Shown piece by piece: positions 31,094 to 39,497 of a stretch of 64,000 nt of DNA. The translations under genes were made by a program, and so were the position numbers. The first letter of the stretch is position 1, and every line of letters begins with the position of its first letter. Source of the DNA: Bacteroidia bacterium. Lineage in GTDB: Bacteria > Bacteroidota > Bacteroidia > Bacteroidales > VadinHA17. The notes under the pieces were generated by a model. That model ran no database searches. It saw nothing but the letters and a program-made list of their open reading frames with translations, and was not told the origin of the DNA. Location of the stretch: positions 22,052 to 86,051 of the forward strand of contig JAPLDX010000048.1 of assembly GCA_026391215.1 (NCBI GenBank). The letters are read 5' to 3'.

Positions 31094-34000
31094 GCTTCAG
31101 TACAGGCACAGATGATCTTTGCAGATAACATCCGGCCTTCAACCCTCGATTTGCATTGGCATCGCGGCAACGGATCAGCTTGTGCTGTATTTGCCCGTAA
31201 AGGAAACAACGGGACTGCATCACCAGTCAATGGAACTTCCTATACGGCTGACAGACAGTTCGGTGCAGGTACGCAGATAGGGACAACCGGATGGTACTGT
31301 GTTTATAACGGGACAGGTAATAATGTAAATATAACCGGACTGGAACCGCTGAAAACCTATATCTTCCATGTTATAGAGTATGAAAACGGGCCAGCTTACT
31401 ACACCAAAAAAGGACAGAGTAATCCATTTGTTACCCAAACCGACCTGTTTGTAGAGCAAACCTCTGTAACCCTGCAGGCAGTAAGCGGCGGATCAGTAGT
31501 ATGGGGAGATTATGACAGAGATGGCGACCTGGACATACTGCTGACCGGAGGAGGCGTTTCGAAAATATACCGGAATAATAATGACAATACTTTCTCGGAA
31601 CAAACAACCATTGTTCTGCCCGGCGTGACAAACAGTTCTTCATCATGGAGCGACTTTGATAACGACGGTGATCTCGACATTTTACTTACAGGCGGGAATA
31701 TTGCAAAAATCTTCCGTAATAATGGTGATAATATCTTTACCGAACAGTCTTCCATAACTCTGCCGGGAGTCACTTATGGTTCAGCAGCATGGGGCGATTA
31801 CGATAATGACGGCTATCAGGATATTCTTCTTACAGGCCGGCTCAGCAGTATGGAGTATACATCCAGAATCTTCAGGAACAATGGAAACGCTACATTTACA
31901 GAACAAACTGACATTGCCATAACAGGAGTCTATAACAGTTCTGTTTCATGGGGTGATTATAATAATGACAGTTATCCGGATATATTAGTGACAGGTAACA
32001 GCAGCTCTGGTCCGGTTTCGAAGATATACCGTAATAATAAAGACAACACTTTCATTGAGCAGACAGGTATCAAGCTGGAAGAAGTAGGATACAGTTCGGC
32101 AGTGTGGGGAGATTATGATAATGATGATGACCTGGATATTTTGCTGACGGGCAACAGTATCTCAAAAGTGTACAGGAATAACGGTAATAATACTTTCTCT
32201 GAACAGCCTGGTATAATACTTCAGGGAGTTGCTTACAGCTCGGCAGCCTGGGCTGATTTTGATAACGACAGTAATTCAGATATAGTTATTACCGGTACAA
32301 CAAACGGAACTGCATCAGGGGCAGTCACGAAATTCTACCGCAATAATGGCGATAATACTTTCGCGGAACAATCAGGTATAAGCCTTGCAGGAATTTTTAA
32401 CAGTTCAATAGCATGCGGTGATTACAACAATGATGGCAAGCTTGATATTCTTCTTACAGGAAGTAATGCGGATGGTTCTGCAGTATCTAAACTATATACA
32501 AATTACTGTGCAACAAGCAGGATAAAGCCGGGTATTCCGGTACTGGTTTCAAATGCAGTATCCGATTCATCAATAATGTTGAAATGGAACAGGGTGCTGC
32601 GGAATGGCAAGCCTGTCAGGGGAATGAGTTACAATGTAAGGATTGGATATTCACCGGAGGCCAATGATGTTATGTCATCAATGGCTTTAACGACTACAGG
32701 AACCAGGCTTATCCCAAAGATGGGTAATGTTCAATCCGATACCATTTTTGAACTTCGGAATCCCAGGCGAAACAATTTTTACTGGAGCGTCCAGGCAATT
32801 GACAATGGATTTAATGCGGGAGAATTTACCGAAGATATGGGCTTTAATTTCTCATCCTGGATCCAGGCTTCCGACCTTTTTGTAAATGATGTCCAGGGAG
32901 CAAGGTTGAATCTCTTCTGGAAAAGAGGTAACGGATCAGAATGCCTTGTATTTGTAAAAAAAGGGAACAGTGGAACTGCATCACCGGCTAACGGTACTCC
33001 TTATGAAGCCAGGGCAAAATTTGGTGCAGGAACCCAGATTGGCACAAGCGGATGGTTCTGTATTTACACAGGAACAGGCAACAACGTCACTGTGACAAAT
33101 TTAGAGGGATTAACCGACTATATCTTCGCTGTTGTGGAAACCGATGGAGGATTTAGTTATTATAATAATTTAAGAGGACATGGTAATCCGCTGGTTGTAA
33201 AAACGGGTGCATTTACAGAGGAGAGTTCAATAAGTCTGATTGGAGTAAAGAATGGTTCAGTCATCCCAGGTGATTATGATAATGACGGCGATCCTGACAT
33301 CCTGCTTACAGGAAACGGAAGCTCCAAAATATACAGGAACACCGGCAATAATAATTTTGCTGCGCAGAATGCGATCATTCTTACAGGTGTATCGGAAGGT
33401 TCTTCAGCATGGGGTGATTATGATAACGATAATTATCTTGATATCCTGATAACAGGACTTACCAGCGAAAATGCTCCTGTCACAAAGATCTATCATAATA
33501 ACGGGAACAACACGTTTACTGAACAAGCAGGTTTAACCATACCGGGAGTTTATAACAGCTCGGTAGCATGGGGGGATTATGATAACGATGGATTTCTGGA
33601 TATTCTTCTGACCGGCAGATCAGCTGCCAACGATATTATTTCTTCAATTTACCGCAATAACGGAGACTATACTTTTACAGGGCAAACAGGTATTATCCTT
33701 CAGGGAGTATATTCAGGCTCCTGCATATGGGGTGATTATAATAATGATGCTAATCTCGATATTCTCCTGACAGGATTTAACAGCAATAATATTCCTGTTA
33801 CAGGTCTCTACCGAAACAATGGAGATAACTCATTTACAGAACAGACAGCCGTTAATATCAGCGGTGTTGCCAGGAGCTCTGTTGACTGGGGCGATTATGA
33901 TAATGACGGAGATCTTGATATCCTGATAACCGGACAATCGGGCACAAGCTTTATTGAATATGTCTCAAAAGTATACCGCAACAACGGAGACAATACCTTT

Positions 34001-37000
34001 ACAGAGCAGACCGGCATTGAGCTTAAAGGAGTTCACAAGGGTTGCGCAGCATGGGGCGACTACGATAACGACGGCTTATCAGATATTCTTCTGACAGGAA
34101 ACTCAGGCACAATTGAGAGCGATTATGTTTCAAAGGTCTACCGGAACAATGGCAATAATACTTTTACTGCACAGACCAATATAAACCTCCTGAGTGTTTA
34201 TAACAGCTCAGCTGAATGGGGAGACTACGATAAGGACGGCAGGCTGGATATTTTCCTTGCAGGTTATAATCCTGATTACGGATCGGTAACCAGGGTTTAC
34301 AGGAACATGTCTTCGGCATCCAACAACGCACCATTAGCGCCGGCAGGTCTCATAACGACAAGCAATGAAACATCCCTGATCCTGAGATGGAACAGGGTGC
34401 CGGGCGATGCCACACCTGCAAAAGGAATGAGCTACAACGTGCGTATTGGTACCTCGCCGGGAATAAGCAATGTGGTTTCGACAATGGCATTGACCTCAGG
34501 GTCAAGGCTTATAACTGGTTTGGGCAATGCCCAGTCCGATACAATGTTTGTTCTGAAATATCCTCAGAGAGCAACTTATTACTGGAGCGTTCAGGCTATC
34601 GATAATGGCTTTGCTCCAGGTACCTTTGCTGCAGAACAGTCATATGTCTTCTCAACGCCGGTGCAGGCTTCCCGCCTTTTTGCCGACAGCATTCTTGTTT
34701 CAGGGATAACACTTCACTGGAACAGGGGAAATGGATCTGCCTGTGTTGTTTTTGCAAGAAAAGGTTCCACCGGTACAGCTGCTCCGGTTAATAATACAGA
34801 TTATACGGATGACAATAACTTCAGTGCCGGAACCGAGATTGACGCCTCAGGTTGGTACTGCATTTACAGCGGAACAGGAAATAAGGTTAAGGTAACCGGA
34901 CTGGAGCTTCTGACAGACTATACATTCCAGGTAATAGAATACGATCCGGGTCCGGTATACTTCACACAGACAGGACAGTCCAATCCTGTTATTGTGCAGA
35001 CAAGCATATTCTCAGAGCAGACAACTATAAGTCTTGCCGGAGTAACATATGGTTCGGTTGCCTGGGGAGATTACGACAACAGCGGTTATCAGGATATTCT
35101 GTTAACGGGTACGACAAATGGCAGTTATACGGGTGCTGTAACAAAAATATACCGGAACAATGGGAACAATACTTTCTCAGACCAGGTTGTCATAAGCCTT
35201 CCTGGTGTGATGAACAGTGCGGGAGCCTGGGGAGATTATAATAATGATGGTTATCTTGATATACTGCTGAGCGGTCTCGATATAAACAATGCACCTGTTT
35301 CAAAGATATTCAGGAACAATGGCAATAACAGCTTTTCAGAACAGACTGAGATTAGCATTACCGGCGTAAGGGAAAGCTCTGCAGACTGGGCAGACTTAAA
35401 TAACGACGGGAAGCTTGATATTGTAATTGCAGGAACTTCAGCATCAGGAGAAATTTCGAAGATCTACATTAACCTGGGCAATAATAAGTTCAGGGAGCAG
35501 CAGGGTATCAATCTTCCGGGAGTGACAAATGGTTCTGTTGTATGTGCTGATTACAATAATGACGGCTTTACGGATATTTTGATGACCGGATCGGGATTGT
35601 CCAGGATTTACCGAAACAGTGGTAACCCATTTTTAATGGAATTTATTGAACAGCAGGGCATTGATCTGACAGCTGTTTCAAAGAGCTCTGCAGCCTGGGG
35701 CGATTATGATGGCGACGGGGATCCCGATATCCTGCTTACAGGCTATGATATTACCGGTAATGTTCCGGTATCACGGGTTTACAATAATAACAACGACGCC
35801 TTCACCATCGCGGATATAAACCTGACAGGAATTGCCGGATCATCAGTCGCCGACAACTCAGTTATCGGGGCCAGTGAAACAATATGGGGCGATTACGACA
35901 ATGATGGCGATCCTGATATCCTTCTGACAGGAGAGACATCCTCCGGACGTATCTGCAGAATTTACACCAATAACGGTAACGGCACCTTCAAGGATCAATC
36001 AAATTTCAACCTGCCCGGAATAAGATACAGCTCAGCAGCATGGGGAGATTATGATAACGACGGGGACCTGGATATTATCCTTACAGGGGAACAGGGTGCT
36101 TCACGAATAACAAAGATTTTCAGGAACGAAATAGCGAAGTATAATGTCAGGCCCCAGGCACCTGAAAGATTAACCTCAGTGATTGGTGTACACAATACAA
36201 TACTCTCCTGGGATCCTGTGAAAAATGATGAAACGGCTCCGGAAGGACTGACATATAATATCAGGATAGGAACAACTTCTGCCGGCAGACAGGTAATGGC
36301 TCCGATGGCATCGACCGCAGGAATACGAAGAATAACTGCAATGGGGAATGCCCAGCTCGATACCTTTGGAATAATCCAGAACCTGCGGCCAGGAACCTAT
36401 TACTGGAGTGTTCAGGCGGTCGACAATGTATTTGCCGGAGGAACATTTGCAGCTGAGGCAAGCTTTACCATCGACAGCATTCAGGCGAGCAATCTGGAAG
36501 GCAAGCTGGTTGCAAACAGTAGCAACGCTCTTTCAATAAAATGGACAAACGGCAACGGGGAACGAAGAGTTATGTTTTGCAAACAGGGATCAACAGGGAC
36601 CGCAGTGCCTGCACATAATATAACCTATGGCGCAGATCCCGTATTCGGATATGGCGATCAGATAGACAATACCGGCTGGTATTGTATCTTTAATGGCAGA
36701 GGTGACAGTACGGTAGTAAGCGGTCTGTCACAGGGAGTGGCATATTCTTTCCAGGTCATAGAATATATTGGATCTACAGGAAGTGAATTATACTACAGGC
36801 TATCAGGCGAAAATAATCCAGGCATTTTCTCATCCGGATTATTCTCAGAACAATCAGATATCGCTCTAGATAAGGTATATAACAGCTCAGTTGTCTGGGG
36901 TGACTATGACAACGATGGCGACCTTGATATTTTGCTGACCGGTTATAATACACTTGAATCAGGATCAGCTGCTATTTCAAAGATCTACCGCAATAACGGC

Positions 37001-38330
37001 AACAATTCGTTTACAGAGCAGACAGGCATTAATCTCTTTGGCGTTCAGAATGGCTCAGTTGCGTTTGGCGATTATGATAATGACAATGACCTGGACATCC
37101 TGCTTACAGGTATGACCAGCGGCTCATTCCCTGTTTCAAAAATATACAGGAACAATGGCAACAATACCTTCACCGAGCAGGCAGGTATCAGCCTGATCGG
37201 AACAAGCTACTCTTCCGCCAGCTGGAGTGATTTCAACAAGGATGGCTATCTTGACATTCTCCTTACCGGTCAGGGCGCCGGATCAAACCTTATATCAAAG
37301 ATCTACAGGAACAATGGAAATAGTACTTTCACTGAACAGGTTGACATAAGCCTGGAACGCGTTTCAAAAGGTTCATCTGCCTGGGGAGATTATGATAATG
37401 ACGGTGATATAGATTTTCTGCTTACAGGCAATAACAGCTATGGAACACAGCAATCTGTTTCGGTTATCTATGCGAATAACGGCGACAGCACATTTACCGT
37501 GCAGTCAGGAATCAGCCTGCCGGGTGTAATGAACAGTTCTGTTGTATGGGGCGATTACGACAATGATGACGATCTTGATTTACTGCTAACAGGATATAAT
37601 AATGATGGCACAATGCTTTATATATCAAGAATATACAGGAACGATGGTAATAATGTATTTACTTATCAGTCAGGAATAAAGCTCGAGGGTGTGGCTAACA
37701 GTTCGACAGCATGGGGTGATTTCGACAATGACGGTGATCTGGATATTTTATTGTCCGGCCGTCTTGTATCAGGAGGATTCACCTCAAAGATATACAGAAA
37801 CAACAGCAATAACACATTTACGGAAGTGCCCGGCACTTCATTTACAGGTGTCGGCTACTGCTCTGTGGCATGGGGTGATTATGATAACGACGGGGACCTT
37901 GATATATTAATGACAGGACAGAGTACCGGTTCAACAGTAGTATCAAAGATCTACAGGAACAATGCAATAATGAAGGCAGGGGATTACGGAGCCAACAGAA
38001 AGCCAGCTCCACCGGCAAACCTTGCTTCTGTACGTCTGCCTGAGGGTATGAAGCTTTCATGGTCACCGGTAAAAACTGATGAAACACCTTATAAGTCATT
38101 AACCTATAATATATATGTCAAATCGCGTGAAGAAGGATATCTGACCTTCTCAGCGCAATCCGACAGTGTCACGGGATTCCGCCGGATAGTATCGATGGGG
38201 AATGCCCAGACAGACACGACTTATCTTATAAAGAATCTCACACCGGGGAAATATGACTGGAAGGTCCAGGCTGTTGACCAGGGTTACAGGGGAGGATACT
38301 GGGCTGACGGAGGGATGCTTAATGCAAAGA
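8600..38330 (+). repeat. 17 tandem coding repeats of about 1.75-1.85 kb (propeller + FN3-like-1 + FN3-like-2; unit 17 lacks the second FN3)
   Basis: The [ST]YN[VIL]R-type motif recurs near 9780, 11520, 13250, 15000, 16750, 18495, 20245, 21985, 23750, 25510, 27300, 29075, 30870, 32625, 34430, 36250 and 38100. Confidence 0.95.
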
Positions 38331-39325
38331 ATGTCCAGGCTTTCTTCAACGCAGGAACAGTATGCCAGGGATCTCCAACGAATTTCACTAACCAGTCGAC
38401 CGCCTATAAAGAAACAATTCAAAGTTATGCATGGGATTTTGGAGACGGTACAACTTCCGTTGAAAAAGAACCAAATCATACTTTCAGCACTTCAGGGATA
38501 CATAATGTAAAACTGATTGTAACTTCAGTGACTGATATTGATACCCTGATAAAGCCCGTTATGGTAAATCCGACTCCGGCACCTGATTTTTCAACGGAAG
38601 GTATATGTGAGGATGCTGAAATTACCATTGTAAACCTGACTGTTACACAAGGTATCAATATCACTGTTTGGGGATGGGAATTCGGAGACGGGCTTACTGA
38701 TACAGTAAGAAATCCGGGATCGCATGTTTATATAAATTCCGGTGAATACCCGGTATCTCTCACTTCCATTACTGATCACGGATGCAGCAGATCCACTGTT
38801 AAAGCGATTAACGTTGCTGATGCTCTTTCGAAACCGCAGATGTTTTCAAAGGGTCCGGTTGTATGGTACCTTGCCTGCAGCAACGACAGTGCAAACTATT
38901 ACCATTGGTATTGCAACAGGGAACTTATCCAGGGTGCAAGTAGTTTTCTTTACATCGCTAACCGGAAAGTCGGAAGATATTATGTAAGCATTTCTGATAA
39001 TGGTCAGTGCTTTACTGCAAGTGATACAGTGGGAATACCGACTGGTTATACCGGAATTGAGGAAATAGATCCGTTTGCCGGACTCACTCTTTACCCCAAT
39101 CCCACTTCAGGATTAGTTACGATTGATTTTGAGAACCAGTTGTTTGGAGACCTGAATATTAAAATACTGACAATTGGGGGTAAGGAGATATACAGCAGCA
39201 AGTTCGGGAAAGCGACAGAGCATTTCTCGGGCGAAATTGATCTCAGCGATAAGGCGGAAGGGATCTATTTTATTACATTCATCCTGGAGGATTATTCTGC
39301 GGTAAGGAAGATAGTCTTAGAATAA
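31112..39325 (+). CDS. Giant FG-GAP/FN3 repeat protein, C-terminal part (2737 aa from ATG 31112; 4 propeller units, 2 PKD, Ig-like domain, T9SS type-A CTD; no signal peptide)
   Basis: Same frame as 8534-31093. Begins mid FN3-like domain. Ends LYPNPTSG...RKIVLE. Confidence 0.85.
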   Translation: MIFADNIRPSTLDLHWHRGNGSACAVFARKGNNGTASPVNGTSYTADRQFGAGTQIGTTGWYCVYNGTGNNVNITGLEPLKTYIFHVIEYENGPAYYTKKGQSNPFVTQTDLFVEQTSVTLQAVSGGSVVWGDYDRDGDLDILLTGGGVSKIYRNNNDNTFSEQTTIVLPGVTNSSSSWSDFDNDGDLDILLTGGNIAKIFRNNGDNIFTEQSSITLPGVTYGSAAWGDYDNDGYQDILLTGRLSSMEYTSRIFRNNGNATFTEQTDIAITGVYNSSVSWGDYNNDSYPDILVTGNSSSGPVSKIYRNNKDNTFIEQTGIKLEEVGYSSAVWGDYDNDDDLDILLTGNSISKVYRNNGNNTFSEQPGIILQGVAYSSAAWADFDNDSNSDIVITGTTNGTASGAVTKFYRNNGDNTFAEQSGISLAGIFNSSIACGDYNNDGKLDILLTGSNADGSAVSKLYTNYCATSRIKPGIPVLVSNAVSDSSIMLKWNRVLRNGKPVRGMSYNVRIGYSPEANDVMSSMALTTTGTRLIPKMGNVQSDTIFELRNPRRNNFYWSVQAIDNGFNAGEFTEDMGFNFSSWIQASDLFVNDVQGARLNLFWKRGNGSECLVFVKKGNSGTASPANGTPYEARAKFGAGTQIGTSGWFCIYTGTGNNVTVTNLEGLTDYIFAVVETDGGFSYYNNLRGHGNPLVVKTGAFTEESSISLIGVKNGSVIPGDYDNDGDPDILLTGNGSSKIYRNTGNNNFAAQNAIILTGVSEGSSAWGDYDNDNYLDILITGLTSENAPVTKIYHNNGNNTFTEQAGLTIPGVYNSSVAWGDYDNDGFLDILLTGRSAANDIISSIYRNNGDYTFTGQTGIILQGVYSGSCIWGDYNNDANLDILLTGFNSNNIPVTGLYRNNGDNSFTEQTAVNISGVARSSVDWGDYDNDGDLDILITGQSGTSFIEYVSKVYRNNGDNTFTEQTGIELKGVHKGCAAWGDYDNDGLSDILLTGNSGTIESDYVSKVYRNNGNNTFTAQTNINLLSVYNSSAEWGDYDKDGRLDIFLAGYNPDYGSVTRVYRNMSSASNNAPLAPAGLITTSNETSLILRWNRVPGDATPAKGMSYNVRIGTSPGISNVVSTMALTSGSRLITGLGNAQSDTMFVLKYPQRATYYWSVQAIDNGFAPGTFAAEQSYVFSTPVQASRLFADSILVSGITLHWNRGNGSACVVFARKGSTGTAAPVNNTDYTDDNNFSAGTEIDASGWYCIYSGTGNKVKVTGLELLTDYTFQVIEYDPGPVYFTQTGQSNPVIVQTSIFSEQTTISLAGVTYGSVAWGDYDNSGYQDILLTGTTNGSYTGAVTKIYRNNGNNTFSDQVVISLPGVMNSAGAWGDYNNDGYLDILLSGLDINNAPVSKIFRNNGNNSFSEQTEISITGVRESSADWADLNNDGKLDIVIAGTSASGEISKIYINLGNNKFREQQGINLPGVTNGSVVCADYNNDGFTDILMTGSGLSRIYRNSGNPFLMEFIEQQGIDLTAVSKSSAAWGDYDGDGDPDILLTGYDITGNVPVSRVYNNNNDAFTIADINLTGIAGSSVADNSVIGASETIWGDYDNDGDPDILLTGETSSGRICRIYTNNGNGTFKDQSNFNLPGIRYSSAAWGDYDNDGDLDIILTGEQGASRITKIFRNEIAKYNVRPQAPERLTSVIGVHNTILSWDPVKNDETAPEGLTYNIRIGTTSAGRQVMAPMASTAGIRRITAMGNAQLDTFGIIQNLRPGTYYWSVQAVDNVFAGGTFAAEASFTIDSIQASNLEGKLVANSSNALSIKWTNGNGERRVMFCKQGSTGTAVPAHNITYGADPVFGYGDQIDNTGWYCIFNGRGDSTVVSGLSQGVAYSFQVIEYIGSTGSELYYRLSGENNPGIFSSGLFSEQSDIALDKVYNSSVVWGDYDNDGDLDILLTGYNTLESGSAAISKIYRNNGNNSFTEQTGINLFGVQNGSVAFGDYDNDNDLDILLTGMTSGSFPVSKIYRNNGNNTFTEQAGISLIGTSYSSASWSDFNKDGYLDILLTGQGAGSNLISKIYRNNGNSTFTEQVDISLERVSKGSSAWGDYDNDGDIDFLLTGNNSYGTQQSVSVIYANNGDSTFTVQSGISLPGVMNSSVVWGDYDNDDDLDLLLTGYNNDGTMLYISRIYRNDGNNVFTYQSGIKLEGVANSSTAWGDFDNDGDLDILLSGRLVSGGFTSKIYRNNSNNTFTEVPGTSFTGVGYCSVAWGDYDNDGDLDILMTGQSTGSTVVSKIYRNNAIMKAGDYGANRKPAPPANLASVRLPEGMKLSWSPVKTDETPYKSLTYNIYVKSREEGYLTFSAQSDSVTGFRRIVSMGNAQTDTTYLIKNLTPGKYDWKVQAVDQGYRGGYWADGGMLNAKNVQAFFNAGTVCQGSPTNFTNQSTAYKETIQSYAWDFGDGTTSVEKEPNHTFSTSGIHNVKLIVTSVTDIDTLIKPVMVNPTPAPDFSTEGICEDAEITIVNLTVTQGINITVWGWEFGDGLTDTVRNPGSHVYINSGEYPVSLTSITDHGCSRSTVKAINVADALSKPQMFSKGPVVWYLACSNDSANYYHWYCNRELIQGASSFLYIANRKVGRYYVSISDNGQCFTASDTVGIPTGYTGIEEIDPFAGLTLYPNPTSGLVTIDFENQLFGDLNIKILTIGGKEIYSSKFGKATEHFSGEIDLSDKAEGIYFITFILEDYSAVRKIVLE

Positions 39326-39331
39326 AGGTGC

Positions 39332-39396
39332 ACGGTCCACGGCGAACGGCACATGATGTTTTATACCCTTGTATCGTGTGCCTTGTGCCGTTTTTT
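39332..39396 (+). terminator. Heptad-periodic inverted repeat with T-tract; possible intrinsic terminator
   Basis: ACGG at 39332/39339/39346. AACGGCACA (39345-39353) is the perfect reverse complement of TGTGCCGTT (39384-39392), which is followed by TTTT. The loop is long (about 30 nt). Confidence 0.5.
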
Positions 39397-39439
39397 CGTC
39401 CCAACTTTCTCTGCTTTAGTCAAATAAGTCGAAGAATTC

Positions 39440-39471
39440 TTGTTTTCGGTCGAAAATTATAGTAAATTTTG
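39440..39471 (+). promoter_or_regulatory. Putative promoter (TTG-N20-TAAATTTTG) for 39498-46523 and the downstream trio
   Basis: Same motif and spacing as 8477-8508; about 26 nt before ATG 39498. Confidence 0.55.
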
Positions 39472-39497
39472 TTAACATTTCTTTAGACCTGATCGGG

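Larger units (their letters stand above)
8534..39325 (+). pseudogene. Single 10,263-codon T9SS cargo gene interrupted by one in-frame TAA (nonsense allele, sequence error or readthrough)
   Basis: ...GTC TTT TAA GCT TCA GTA CAG GCA CAG ATG reads VF*ASVQAQM and aligns with VFSASVQA and VFTSSVQA linkers in other units. No frameshift. Signal peptide and CTD lie on opposite sides of the stop. Confidence 0.6.
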
